Shown: piece after piece, positions 26,401 to 41,388 of the stretch
Numbering within the stretch: the first letter of the stretch is position 1
Layout: each line of letters opens with the position of its first letter
Assembly (NCBI RefSeq): GCF_009914755.1
Contig: NC_060937.1
DNA: 64,000 nt
Direction: 5' to 3' (one strand)
Source: the human T2T-CHM13v2.0 reference genome, Homo sapiens
Program-made: the position numbers and the translations under genes
The notes under the pieces: model-generated
Database searches by the model: none
The model's input: the letters and a program-made list of their open reading frames with translations, nothing else
What the model was told of the DNA's origin: nothing

Positions 26401-27639
26401 GTTCTAGAATCTACTTACATCAATCTTTAAATTTTTTGACCACTCTACCTCAGTCCCACAGGAGACCAAAAGGTAGGAAAAAGATTCCAGGGCCCCATTT
26501 GTGCTTCAAGTCGATCAGCTAGTCCCACGGTGAAGTCAGGTGCCCTGATACAGCTTTTCAGGTCTTTTCCTGTGTGAATCACCACCTAGAAAAGTCAGGG
26601 GCCTGCCTTTGGTTTCTAACAGGAAATGGTGCCACTGAAGTGCAAATTCACACGGTGGGGAAGCTGCAGGGCTGGAGCAACAGCAGAGCAGAAAGAGCCA
26701 GCAAGTTAGACAGTGTTTCTCTTAAAAATAGAGTAGAATAAAGAAGCAGAATAGAAAAGAACAATGGGAAAGAGATGCAGAATTAGTTTGACCTAAAATA
26801 CGAATCAACTGCTTATCAATAAGCCTTAAAAAACAACCTACCTTACAGCTTGCCTGAGAATTTGTGAAGAAATACGAAGGCAATGAGAACTCAAAGTGTA
26901 AAGCTACTTCTTTCATATCTCCATGTCTTCTTCTCTAACTGTCTTCTTTTCTCTGTAGTTCTCACACTTCCCCCTCTCCCTTTTTTCATCATCTAATTCT
27001 ACAGCTCAAAGAAATCCCCCCACTTCGCGATGTCTGTTCATTCAACATGCATACATTTTGTCTTGGGAGCGGGGGGAGAGGGGTAGGTATGAGTGGCATA
27101 TATAATTGTTTTTAAAATACTAGGGTCTGTTCTATAAATGAAGCAAAAGCAAGCTAAGGAGGAAGACAGAGTATAGTCACCTTTAATAGTAAAACTCAAT
27201 TAGGCTTTAACAGTAAAACTGAAGATAAAGGTTCCACTCAGGCTATTTATAAATACCCTTAAAACCAAAAACAGTGGTTTCTAATTCTACATGTAGTGAC
27301 TTGGGCTTCAGATACTTAAGAGTTTAAAGTAGATGGCACATTAAGAAATCAGCAATTGAATCTACAAGATGGAAATACATTTTAAAGTTTTTTGGCCTCT
27401 TTTTTCTTTTTTACTTCAAAAACTTTAAAATTTTCCCATAAGAGTTTCAATTGTGACCATACACATTCTTCACATAAAAAGTCAACAAGATGCATTAAAG
27501 AGTCTTTTTAATTTAGTTTCAACGTGTGCTTTATTATAACTGTACTACCAATTCCAAATTATTTCATCACGATTACCCACTTTAATCCAAAACAGTATGT
27601 CAACAATTATTTCTGTCCCTTGTAAAGAAAGAAGAAGAA

Positions 27640-28140
27640 AAAAATGAGATATCACTTAACATTGATTGAATTGGCCAATTTAATAGCCATTATATCCATT
27701 GCTAGAAAGTGGCAGGAAGAACCTTATTTATAGGTTGCCTCTGGCAATACCAACTATCAGAACTCCTTTGAAAGGCACTTTCCTTTCAAGAGTCAAAAGC
27801 ACGTTGATAGTCTTTGACCCAGTGATAACATTCCTAGATTAATCCTACAACAACAAAAAAAGGAAAAACTGTAAGTATAAAAAGTGCATGGAAACACGAT
27901 TTATAATCTAAAAACTGGAAATAATTTATTACGAGGAAATAGCTGATTTAATTATGGTTGAAAACTGTAATGGACTAGCATGCTGCTATTATAAACTACA
28001 TTTAAGAAAAATGGAAAAAAGAGCTTATTTTGCAATATTAAGTTAAAATGACCTGCGTATGCAGAATAATTAGTAAAGTATACAAAAACTTCTATCAAGT
28101 AAATGTGGTGGTTTCACTAGAAATATTTAGCTTAATTTGT
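27640..28140 (+). mobile_element. Highly decayed L1ME fragment
   Basis: atgagatatcactt...ctttgacccagtgataacattcctag...atttataatctaaaaactggaaataa. Confidence 0.55.
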
Positions 28141-28589
28141 ATTACTGTCATAATTTCATAACGTTTTTCTAAGTACTTATAGCTACAATATATATACATA
28201 TTTTATAATCCCTAATATTTTTAAACATTAAAATAGATTCCAAATGGCAATATTTATTGAAAGACTATAAGGATTAGTAAGGTCATATCTAGAAGTTCTC
28301 TTACTATGATAAATATAAGAAACATGGCTCTTATGAGGAAAATGCTTCAAGTTTTAAAATGTTTACATTAGTAAGATTTTACAATGCATCTAGGTGCAGC
28401 AGAGAGTTACAATGTGTAAGAGAAGGAAGACAAGGGAATCACATCATTTTATAAGTTTAAATTAATATAAGAAAAAGAGAAAGAATTTTCAATTTTTTTT
28501 AAAGGGGCATACCTTATATGATCAATTAAAAAGATCTAGAGAAATAGCAGTAAAAACATATGATATTAAAAAAGGTTTGCAGTTATCAC

Positions 28590-28850
28590 TATTAATAGTT
28601 AATATTTACCATTGAGTACTAACTTCCAGATGCCCTGCCAGATAGTTTACATAGTTCCCTTTTACATAATTCTCAGTACCACATTACCAAGTAGGTAATT
28701 TTGGTAACCGTTTATTTTATAAATGAGGAAAGTGAATCTCAAGTTAAAAACATAACTTGCCCAAAAGATTACATGGAGGATATCTAATCAATAATAAACA
28801 GTGGGACTAAGACCAACCAAGTACCGATCCTCTATTGCCTACCATTCCCA
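28590..28850 (-). mobile_element. MIR SINE
   Basis: attttataaatgaggaaagtgaatctcaagttaaaaacataacttgcccaa is a reverse MIR core. Confidence 0.7.
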
Positions 28851-29498
28851 AATACCAGTCTTTAAAAAGAAAGGGATTTATAAATCATATAAAACCAGCA
28901 CTTTTATTTCTATTTCTTCATATAAATGTTCTAGATCTGCTTTTCCTCAGTTGTTTTTTTATCTGTTGTTGAAATGCAGGATTTGTTAAAGTATATGTCA
29001 AGAAAATTTCACCATGATTGGTCAACTACTTAGTTTTCAACGTTTCCCATTAAATGTTTCCAAGTAAATTAAAATTTTAAGTTTAAGATCATAAAATTGG
29101 TACAGGCATGTTATCTGGTCATATTTCTATTTAAGTCAGACTTAACTACACCAGGAATAATTTGGTAGAATATACTGGATCACATAAATCTTTACGGTTC
29201 TCTGTAGTGTTTAAGTCACCAGTGATTTCTAAGGTAAGTATTTAGGAACCCTATTAACGGGTTTAGGCATCCAGGGTACCTAGTATCACTCTTACAGTTT
29301 GTTCCCAGGCATTTCTCAACAAGTCTCATTCTATACATCAGGATAAGTCTGGCCCCTAGAAAGGACCTTGCTTTCTAGCATAAATAACACCTAAGGACCT
29401 CCTAGGCAGTTAGCTCCCTTCCTAAATCAAATGTTTGGTTCCCTATGAGTTAAGTTTCATAACTTAATCTCCTAAGAACACTGCTTATCAAATCTTAC

Positions 29499-29544
29499 CT
29501 CTGACCTATAGTTAAGTGCATATCCAGAGCCAGGCACAAGGAAG
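29499..29544 (-). other. Candidate 46-nt cassette or cryptic exon (unverified)
   Basis: Long polypyrimidine acceptor ctctccttcctttccatactttttcacttcag| and donor gag|gtaaga. Confidence 0.3.
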
Positions 29545-31972
29545 CTGAAGTGAAAAAGTATGGAAAGGAAGGAGAGTTGAGGCCACAGGAAGAGCCTGAT
29601 TCACTCCACAGATGCCTCTAAATTACTTAAAGTTCTGTATTTTCTTATAAGTATATGTGAATTTCCTCCATAAAACTCCACAGTAGATCATTTCATAGCA
29701 CATTAAAAAATTTTTAAGTGACTATTTGTCTTGAATTATCTGAGAACACTGATAGCCAAATATAAAAGTCAAAATGTCCTTAGAGATTTGAACCTCCAGG
29801 CTAAAATAAAAGTCATGGATAGGAATGGAGTGGGAGCATATTTTGTTTTAGCCAGTATGGTAGCCAGGACTCACTAGAAGAAAACAAATGAGAAGATTAC
29901 CAAAAACAGAGCCCATTGACAATAGAGAGACTACCTCTTTCGGACAAAGCAAAGAACAGTCAGGAAAGAAGCTGTTAGAGAAGAGCAGAGCAGGAGCACA
30001 CACTCTGCCCAATGTTACACGTTATTGCCTCTCTTTTCCTATTCCTGATTCAGACTCTGTGTCTATTACTGCCAATATATGGTCATTAGACATCAACTTC
30101 TTTCATTAGAAAAGAGGATATTTCACCCTACCTTAAGATGGGCCTTAATTAAATTTCTAAATACCTAGATGAAGATGTCTGAACACCTCTACTGTTTCAG
30201 AAAAAAACCTTCCTGTCCTTTCCTCCCACGCTCTCTCTCATTTTGGCCCCCATCCAAGAGAAAATAATTATATGGCACAGATAATATTTAAGCCAATTAG
30301 TATCACTTCTTAGAAGCCTATAGCAAACAATAAAGGATGCATTTATATGTTAATACAAGCCACAAAAGTAGCATTCTGCCATGTTCCTATTTCATTTCAG
30401 GGTGACATTTAAGATAGCATCTTACTTCACAAGATTTAGCTCATTACAATCACAAATTTTGACTCTTGATGTACCCCCTTGACATGAGGAAACTGTCAAG
30501 GTAAAGATCTTGACTAATATCAGAGGTAGAAACAAGTGGTTAAACTAAGACTCAAGCTATAATTTCTCTAATCCTAAACTTCATTTTGAACGGCTGCACT
30601 ATACTGAAGATTATTAAAGTCTACTTCCTACTCTTTATAATATCTACAAGGTACTATATATTTTTAAAATACAAATATGCACAAGGCACTGTGCTATATC
30701 TCGAACTACAAAGATTATATAAACAGTCCAAGACTCAGTGGATTCACAGACTCAGCCATTTGCTATTTCTTCTAGATGGAAACCTTCCTTGGACCATCAA
30801 AGCCCATCTTTTTGCTCTTTGGAAATTTGGAAATTCTCCATAATGTCTTCCTTGACTAAGTCTCCTCTAGCAATACTATTGACTTTATATGTGATTTAAA
30901 ATTCATTCATGCAATTTCTTGTGATTGGATGGCTTCATAAATTAGATTTACACTCAACAAACAGACTGTGTCTTCTGCTTTGTTCTGAATTACCAGTTCT
31001 ACCAACAATATGCTATATGTTGAGTGAAGTAGACAAAATCAGTTTGACAAGGGGGCAATCTCAGGTACACAGAACTAGATAAATCTTAACTCTAGGTTTA
31101 TGAGAAATTATCATCATGTCTCTTTTATTTTATTTAGAGGAGGTGTATGTTACTGGTAATAACTTAACTCTTTGGTAGGGCACTACTTCAAATTTTAAAA
31201 AGATGTGATTTAAATCATTACTATTAAAGAGATGTAATCTTGTACCAAACCAGACTTTTTTTATATGTACCGTTAACATACCGCCTTCTTCCATCTACAA
31301 GCAGTGCATTATAAAACAACTCAAATAACTAAAATAGTTAATATCATGATAGATATTCCATGTTGCATAGATTAAAAGATAAAGTTACTTGAAAGATTAA
31401 ATTAACTTATGATTTAGTGTTCCACGTGATTCTTTTCCAACAAATACAAATCTGAAAAAAAAGTGTGCTTCTCAATTTTCATTCAGTTATAAATATGTAT
31501 TTCAAAGATGCAATAGGCTACTCTAAATGTCGGGCTAAGCAACTAATTAGGTCTTCATCTTCCTCTCTCTATTAATTATTTTAGGTAAATAGGAATAATC
31601 TCATTTGGGAATTATTATAAGAGAAATTCCTTCACTGAGGTGGGAAGCTAGGCTACACCATGTCCAAAGCCCCACCCAAGGCAGAGTTTCTTAATTAAGA
31701 ACTCTGTTCACAAGCGTACAGAGGCCTCCTCACACTAATCAAGTTCATCATTTTTCACGTAAAAATCCATGGAATGTTGTTGGTGCACTATAAAAATACA
31801 GTTTGGAAAGTGAAAATAAAACCTACGATATGTAGTAGGAGCTTCCAAATCTGTTAGGCACAGACTTGATCATAGGACTCTCCTTAACATTTCTAACAGA
31901 AACTGAAGAAGAACTTGTAGTAAACCAATATAATAACTAAGCCTTGTAGAAGGCCTTCAAATACTTTCTTAT

Positions 31973-32021
31973 ATGTATCTAGATAATTGCATCTAGATAC
32001 ATTTATGTAGCCGCATAAATG
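31973..32021. repeat. Two overlapping perfect inverted repeats
   Basis: atgtatctagat-aattgc-atctagatacat (12-bp arms) and catttatg-tagccg-cataaatg (8-bp arms). Confidence 0.9.
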
Positions 32022-32989
32022 CTTCACAGTGGGAGCTCTCCATAGTCTGGTCTCACTTTACTTTAATTCCTATGTCTTCAGGAAAACCAGCCAAAACCTT
32101 ACTGAACTGTACATTTCCAAGCTGCTCATTCTTGTATCTGCTACTTGCTCAGGCTATTTTGCCTACAGAACGTGTTCTACTTTCAGTCACTACCTACCCA
32201 GCGTTCAGTGTCAACTCAACGCTTGCTTTCTCCATGTATCTTCTCTATGACACATGAGTATTATTCAACCTTAACCATCTTATATACAACCCCATTCTCA
32301 TGACCCAGGCCTCTCTCTATATTTTCATCTGAACTTTGTAATTTACCACCTGATCATATAACTATCTTAAATACAGATTACCTCTTCCTGAAGTTTTGTA
32401 TCTACACCTACAGCATTAATTCTACATCTTATACTTCTTCTTTGCTGCTGGCAGTGCTTGGTATTCAGTAAATACTTGATGGCTGACCAATAAAAAGAAA
32501 ATCACCTCTATACTAATATTTTAATTTTCCAAAAAGTATTTAAAATTTTAAACAGAAATATGTGTTTAATGTTCAATTGCTTTTATTCTTTAAAACTCCA
32601 TTTCTCTGTATCTACCCTAACAGCTACCTCCACAAACGTCACTTACTAATTTCCTAATAATGCCCCATGGGTGTTATAAAAAATGCCAATTAAATATGCT
32701 ATTTCTTTTTCTCCATCTTTTCCTCTTGAAATAAAACGTGACATGTACTGTATACAAATTAAAACCAGTGCTGCCTGCCCTTCTTATATAATAAAAACAT
32801 TAAGAAATAAAAACACCATTGCTTTTATTTCCTCTTAAGAAAAGTACAGGCTAAAACTCTCAGACTCTGCAAAAAGTATAAATAAGAAAGTTGAGATCCC
32901 TTGAAGTTCTACAACTAACAGGATACATTGTTACTCTATTTGGTGTATGCCCTTTTATTATACATGCACATACACAAATGTACAAATTC

Positions 32990-33190
32990 TGAAGCTGATC
33001 CTTAAAACCTGGCTCCACACTTCCAACTGGTGTGACCTGGAGTTATTTAGCCCCCTGTTATTTCTGTTAACTAATCTATAAGATAGGGCTAATAATATTT
33101 ACTCAAAGGAATGTTATAATTAAATGAGATAATCAACATAAAGCACTTAGCCTAGTATCTAACACACAAGTGTTCAACATGTTACTATAG
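32990..33190 (+). mobile_element. MIR SINE
   Basis: ctggctccacactt...tgtgacctgg...attaaatgagataatcaacataaagcacttag. Confidence 0.75.
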
Positions 33191-33239
33191 ATCCTTGACA
33201 CAAATGCTATTTTGTAATCTACTTCCTAGATTACTTAAT

Positions 33240-34330
<1,091 letters not shown>

Positions 34331-34743
34331 ATTACTCTGATTCGGGTTTTATGAAGCAAAGTATTAGGGAGATACATCTGAAATCTTAGAGCATTATTTC
34401 TGAAAATATCTCAGGTTGGACAAAGCATAATGCCTAGGCAAACTGCTGTATTAAGATGCTATAGAAGAGGATTTGTCTAAGCTTCCAAGGTAGAATACTA
34501 TAAAAAGGCCCATCATATACACTGGCTTAATAGCTGTCACTATTTTTAGCAATTAATTTTTATCCCAACCCATATACCTCTGTTCTGATTTCCAGGCCTT
34601 TTTATCCCATAGCTTACCTCACATCTGTAGTCAAATATTACTTCCTCAAGGGAACACAGCCTCACCAGTTTCCTGTTATATGCTAGCCTAGAATTTTTCC
34701 CTTTATTCAACAGCAGCTCTCGGGTGGAAGTGATACATATATA

Positions 34744-35040
34744 CAGTAATCCCTCAGTATTTGCGGTTATTGGTTCTAGGACTCCCACCACAAATCAAAA
34801 TCCAAAGATGCTTGAGCCCATTATGTAAAACAGTAGCATGTAGTATTTGCATATAACCTATGCATATCCTCCCATATACTTTAAATCATCTCTAGATTAC
34901 ATATAATGCCTAATACAATGCAGATGCTACATACATAGTTGTGCTGTATTTTTAAATTTATGTTGTCTTTCTTTTAATATTTTCAATTTCGGTTGGTGGA
35001 ATTTGTGGATGAGAAACCCTTGGAAACAGAGGGTTGACTC
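34744..35040 (+). mobile_element. MER2 (TcMar-Tigger) MITE
   Basis: TA|cagtaatccctcagtat...gtagtatttgcatataacctatgcatatcctcccatatactttaaatcatctctagattac...gagggttgact. Confidence 0.9.
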
Positions 35041-36578
35041 AATTTATATTAATGTGGTTATCTGCACCACTGCAAGAATGATGATTATTTTTGATCCCCA
35101 TTGCAGGAGCTGGCATCCAAATAGGTGCTCGATAAATATGTCTCAAAAGAAAGGAGGAAGAAAAATTCATAGTACATTTTTTTGTTTTGTTCTCATTTGT
35201 TTGTTTTTAAATGTGATGTCTGAATGAAGCCAAACAAAAAGCTGGTACTACCCAGTTCTTTAGAAGTAATCTTTCTCTCACAAATTTTTAGAAAAGCTGA
35301 AGAGAATCATAATCATTCTAAAAATTCATTTCTGAGGGGTTGAAAGGGGAATGAATTTTTCATCCTAAAATGATCTGCTGTCATTTCATATCCTTAAAAA
35401 TGGGTAAGTATCAGCATCTCTTCAGACGCTCTTCAGTTTTAAATTGTACACAAATTTTTAAAATTTTGATTTCTAAGACTGGTAATTTGAGAGTAACAAT
35501 TCAAATCTCTATAGGATTTTGCAATTTAGAAAGCTTTTTTACTTTTCTATAAACATTTTATTTACTATTCATAACTTTAATGTGACATGGGAGTTAATAG
35601 GGAAGAACCTCATCTTAAATTAACAGGTCTAGTGGTAGAAGGACTTGAACCCAGGATGTCTGACCGGTCCAGTGCACTCATTAACCAGCCAGCCACGGCC
35701 ACATCCCCAGCTCCTGCCTCAGAATGCTCCTATACACTCCTATCCGCAAGGCCTAGCATTCATCAGCTCCTTGTGAACCATCTGACACCACCCACTCTCT
35801 AAGTCTTCACAGATTTTCCTCAGACCATTTCCATACTTTCAACAATGTATCCTCTCCATACTTAAATATTCCATGGCCTATTTTGCATTGCTGGTAAATC
35901 TCCTTTTCTCCCACTTGCAGATAAATCCTCTGAAGAGACTCTTAGTTCTTCAAAGAACGACCTTAACTTCCCACGGTACCTAATATAAGAGTTAAAAATT
36001 GATTGTTAATAAACTGGAACAGGGAGGCTATGTACCAAAAAAATGAAAAACAAGCTATTTTTAAAGGCCTTGCCTGACACTCACCCAGACTCATTGTCCC
36101 CACGCCCACCCACAGGCTCCCAGATCCCCACACAGTGCACGCACAAACACATGAACACCACCAGCAGGAACACAGCATTCCCAAGAAGGTTTTTCAACCT
36201 GAGGATGTGGTAAGATTTTTCTATCCAGATGACAGAGGAGTGTGGCCTGGAGGCTTTTCTTTGCAAAACAGGTTTTTCTTGCTGGCTTCTGCCCTAACAG
36301 ACATTCACTTTGCATATCCCTGTGGTGGGACAGGAGGCAGGGTAGAAAAAGAAGTCAGCAGAAGATGGTGATGAAATTCCCAAGGAAGTTCCATTAACCT
36401 GATCTTCCAGCACAATGAAATGTGAAAGAATAAGACAGGGAAGAGGATGTAGAAAAAGTGCCTTCTGTTTTATGCCAACAAGACAGCTCTCATTTTGATA
36501 AATTTATAAACCAAGTGTAAACTTGACCATGTTGTCTGTTTTTATCTTGGTCACATAAGCGTAAAAGATTTTCTTTTG

Positions 36579-36877
36579 GGCCAGGAGCCGTGGCTCACGC
36601 CTGTAATCCCAGCACTTTGGGAGGCCGAGGCAGGTGGATCACGAGGTCAGGAGTTCAAGACCAGCCTGGCCAAGATGGTGAAACCCCGTCTCTACTGAAA
36701 ATAAAAAAATTAGCCAGGCATGGTGGTGGGCGCCTGTAATCTCAGCTATTCGGGAGGCTGAGGCAGAGAACTGCTTGAACCTGGGAGGCAGAGGTTGCAG
36801 TGAGCCGAGATCACGCCATTGCACTCCAGCCAAGGCAACAGAGCAAGACTCCGTCTCCAAAAAAAAAAAAAAAAAAA
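36579..36877 (+). mobile_element. AluSg-like SINE
   Basis: ggatcacgaggtcaggagttcaagaccagcctggccaagatggtg; A tail; degenerate TSD around aaaagattttcttt / aaaacttttcttt. Confidence 0.95.
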
Positions 36878-37539
36878 CTTTTCTTTCTGGAAAATGTGAA
36901 CTATTTCCTGAAAGAAAAACATACAAAAGCACCTGTTTTTTCCCTTCTAGATCAGAAGTTTCCACCTTGCTTACATAAACATGGATCACTGTATCTGCAA
37001 CCCAGCCTGCAGTATGTCGGAAGGGACGGATTCCCTTACAATACACACTCACCCATTTAGACCCCCCATGCCTACCACATGCATCCATCTTTACAACCTC
37101 AATTATGCACAAGACATCCACAGCCGCCAATTAAACCGTGTTGAACACTCCAATTCATTGCGTATGAGCCTGCAAATTTTTTTTGCTCACAGAAGCATTT
37201 TCTAAGATGCACTTGTCAATTTTTAGCTCATTAATACTGTGGATCCCAATTTTTAGCATTCTACTTAAGTTTTGCAACTTGATACATTTTCTGGATAATG
37301 AACACAACATGTGGTCTCTAAGTTCTGATTAATAGGAGTGGACTCCCATTATGATAATGTTGACAATTCATTACTCTAGGAAAGCCAACTTTAAGATAAT
37401 TTTTTTAAACAGAAAATGTGTAAACTGATCATGGATGAGGGATGATCTGTGGACTGGGCAATGAATACAGATAAAATCACTGCTGCTGTCTCTTAATAAC
37501 AGAAACATCTTATAGTTCTTCATGCCATAGTTAATGCAG

Positions 37540-37945
37540 AAGCTAATGTAAAGCACAAGGTCAGGATGATTAAAATCCTGTTATGAGGGGTCAGGGTTAG
37601 CTACAAAACAGTAGCACAGGAAGCCTTGTGGGCATGGAACCCCACATACACAAGATCTGTTATCTTGATTCTGGTGGTAGCCATGCAAATCAATACATGT
37701 GATAAAACTGCCTAGAACTGATACAAAGGACACACAAATGAGTGCATGTAAAGTCAGTGATCCTGAAGAAGATCTGTGGATTATACCAATGTCAATTTCT
37801 TAGTTTTGGCACTGTATTACGTCATGTAAGATGCTACCAGTGGGGAAAACTGGTAGGGAGGAGACAAGGAATCTCCTGTGTCTGAGGAATGGGAGGGGGA
37901 ATTCCTGTGAACTTATAACTATTCAAAATAATTTTTTCAAAAAGG
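37540..37945 (+). mobile_element. L1ME1/2-like 3' end
   Basis: tatcttgattctggtggtag...tacatgtgataaaactgc...ggattataccaatgtcaatttc...aagatgctaccagtggggaaaactgg. Confidence 0.8.
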
Positions 37946-37974
37946 CTGTCAGTTGCAAACACTGTTAGACATAC

Positions 37975-38110
37975 ATGCATTCAGTCAATCATGTATTCAT
38001 TCAACCAACATTTATTAACCACATACTGCTGCCTAGCATTGCTCTACATGCTGGGGCTACAGACACAACATGATATGATCTTTGATCTGGAAGAACTCAC
38101 AGCCTGGTCA
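37975..38110 (-). mobile_element. L2 3' end fragment
   Basis: attcattcaaccaacatttattaac...tgctggggctacagacac...gaactcacagcctgg. Confidence 0.65.
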
Positions 38111-38911
38111 TCCACGACAAAAAGCAGTGCAGGAGGGAAGAGAAGGTACAATCGTACTCGACATGGAGAACAGACAGACATGAACACCTGAAGTTGATCC
38201 ATATATATTATAGTCCAGCTCCACATTAAAGCAAATGTATTTGTCAATCACCATTCCATTCACAAATGACTATAAACGACTAGTATAAAATGAACATATT
38301 AACCTAAGGTTCCCATCATTAAAATATCAACCCTGTGGAGAAATTTTTGCTGAAGTTATTTCTAACTTCAGGACAAAGAAATGTTCAGTTAAAGTAAGTT
38401 GACTGCTTTTGTAAGAAAGGGGGTTGTGTTTGACTTCAAAAGCTCAGTATTTCTTTTAAATTCCTTTTTAAGATACATCTTTGGAAATGTTATTAAAATT
38501 GTTCAAGCTAAATTTACAGCTTAGTTTAAAACATGTAAAACTTAGGGACGATAACATCCCAGGGGAAAAAAAAATGCTTTATGCTATTAGAATTTGAATA
38601 TCTATAACTAGCAAAAAAAAAATTAACCTCGAATAGCCATTACTATTTTTTTAATACAGCTATGGATTCACTTTGCACAATATGTGTGTTCCTGGAAAGG
38701 TTTTGTAAAAGCAGACGATTTCATTTTAAATTCATTTTAAATTAATATTTTATTTACGCATTTTTTTCCTTTGCTTCTAATTAATTTCAATTAACAGTAT
38801 CCTGGTATTTTAATTTATTAGTCTCTCTGCCAAGTTGGTCTAATCAGATCTTTGGGTTCCCTATCCTAACATTACATCTGAAAAATGCTACATTAAGACA
38901 ATATAATTCTC

Positions 38912-39236
38912 AGCTGGGCACAGTGGCTCTTACCTGTAATCTTAGTACTTTGAGAGGCTGAAGCAGGAGGAGTGCTTGAGTTCAGTTTGAGACCAGCCTG
39001 GGCAACACAGCAAGACCCCATCTCTACCAAAAGAAAAAATAGCCAGGCAAGTTGGCATATGCCCGTAGTCCCAGCTACTTGGGAAGCTGAGATGGAAGGA
39101 CTGCTTGAGCCAGGTGAAGCCAGTGAGCTTTTCAGTCTCACACCACCATACTCCAGCCTGGGCAACACAACGAGACCCCATCTCCAAAGAAATAAAAAAT
39201 AAAAATACATAAAAAGTTTAAAAACTAAAAAGAAAA
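38912..39236 (+). mobile_element. AluJ SINE
   Basis: gagaccagcctgggcaacacagcaagaccccatctc...gaaggactgcttgagcc; TSD-like ataattct on both flanks. Confidence 0.93.
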
Positions 39237-40499
39237 ACATAATTCTGTAAAAAATTATAAAATAATTTTTATTTAATGATATTGTGCTTTGGCCTTAAAG
39301 ATTTATTACAAAATGGACAGTACTTCTGGAAATAGGGGGAAATAAAAAATGAAATATCAATGTTATATTTCAAAAGCGTAATACAATTAGGATAAAGATA
39401 GAAATTCTTCACACATCTTTAGCCTCAGCTTGGATGAGTGCTGCATTCAAGATGACAGACACAAAAGATGGTAATGCTGACTCCACTAAACTGTTGTCTG
39501 ACACATAACACTGTCCTGTCATGCCTCAATTTTCACACATGAGCTATTGCTCAAAATTCAGTATAAAATAGTGACTTACGGCTGTCAATGTAAAAAGTAT
39601 GGCTTGCTCGAACACCAACTCATGGATGTCAAAGACCAAGTGTGGTTAGTAGACAATCTAGATGAAAGTATTCAACTGTGGGTTTAATGCATTAAAATAT
39701 ATAAATGGTAAATCACATATATAGGACCCTTTCTTCAAATTTTCCCTAATAAATGGCCACTACATTATCTTTCAAAACTTATCTGTTAATTCAAAATCTG
39801 TATATCACAGGGTTATTAATAAACAGGACAGATGTGATAGCCACAGACTAAGGGAAAAACACATTATCACTTCATTTATATTTTTTTAGTCTAACATGTA
39901 TCAGGCATAATGCCAGGTGCTAGGGATTCAACAGTCACAGACAGACAGGATTCATGCCATCAAGGAGGGCATCTATGAGGAAGAGAAAAAGTGTGCTCGT
40001 GCTGCTGGTCTATGGAATACGGTACTGTGCTATGCAGACCAGGCACCACTCCTGACGACTGACACCCCTAGTGGATGCACTGGCCATCTGCAGCCCCGGC
40101 CTGGGACATTGGGATTCCAGAAGACCTGGGGAGCCTCCATTGTATCAAGAACAGTTTCAGGAATGAAAAAGACTTCCAGTATAAAAAACTCAGTGCCAAC
40201 ATCAGAATGCCTACAAATTCTCACCTTTTCCATTTTCAAACAACTTGAGACTGACTAAAAGGTTCTTGGAAAAACTCACTTAGACACAATGAATGCATTA
40301 CACAGGAAAGCTGTTAACAGGCATTTTCTCCATGATTCCTTTAGGGAGTCATCCCCTCTGCTTAAATACACACCCTACATATAATATAGTCATACAAAAC
40401 AGTATTCCCGAAGCTGAGGAAGTCAAAAATGTTCATAACAACTCTCACAATAATCCTTGCCTCTGCAAAGCAGGCCAGAATGAAAACCAGCTTTTCTGA

Positions 40500-41110
40500 T
40501 TTCCATCTGCCCTCTCCAAAGCTCAACTTAAAAGCTTGACATCATCTTTGACCCCTCCTTCACCCAGACCTTTCCCATTCTATTAGTTGCCAAGTCCTAC
40601 AAGTTCTATCTGAGAAAACCTCTCAAACTGATCCCTTCTTGTCCATTTGCATTGCCGCAACAGTTGTCTAGGGTGACAATAAATAAACCCACAATACAAC
40701 CCCAAATAACATCTCCAAAATTCTTTCTCCCCACAAAGATATCTTAGCTGACAACCACACTAGACTACTTATACACACCTTTCCTCCTTAGCACTCCGCT
40801 CACATCACTCCTTCCACCTCAAATACCTCACAGAAATCCCACCTCCTTCACATCCTAGCTTTAAAGCAACTTCTTCAGAAAAAGCATGCCCATATTATCT
40901 ACCATCTCTGAATCCCCACAATATTTTGCACCATTCATGTGCCCTGTAGTATAGTTTCTCATGTAGGTATTTATTATGGAAGTATTTATATATCAAAAGA
41001 CTGGCTTTGTCCCACACAGTTCAGGGATGAGTTTTATTTCTCTTTTTGTGATTACTGTCCTTCAGATAAGACACGGCTCACAGGATGAGATTAATAAATA
41101 TTTATCAAAT
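40500..41110 (+). mobile_element. L2 fragments
   Basis: catcatctttgacccctccttcac...gttgccaagtcctac...ttctatct...ccccttcttgtccatt is L2-like. Confidence 0.55.
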
Positions 41111-41342
41111 GAAACTGGCTTCCAACATTCATGTTAAGATGCTGACTTACTCTCAAATTCAAGCATTGTGTAAGTAGAGCTAAAATTTTGATAAGTGGGA
41201 GGATGGGGGCTTTTAAGAGTTCAATTTGCTGCAGCAACTCTTCCTTCTTAAAACTCATCAAAATCACCAGCATCCACGGCTCAGCGTAATGAAAGAGAAA
41301 TTAAAAATCAAAGATATAGCTATGAAATTCCCCAGATCGCTG

Positions 41343-41346
<4 letters not shown>

Positions 41347-41386
<40 letters not shown>
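41347..41386. repeat. (AC)20 microsatellite
   Basis: Perfect dinucleotide run. Confidence 0.97.

Positions 41387-41388
<2 letters not shown>

Noticed and set aside
29208-29233. 26-nt plus-strand microexon (ctgtag| ... aag|gtaagt)
   Set aside because: It is opposite to the inferred transcript and not frame-preserving. Isolated consensus donors are frequent by chance.
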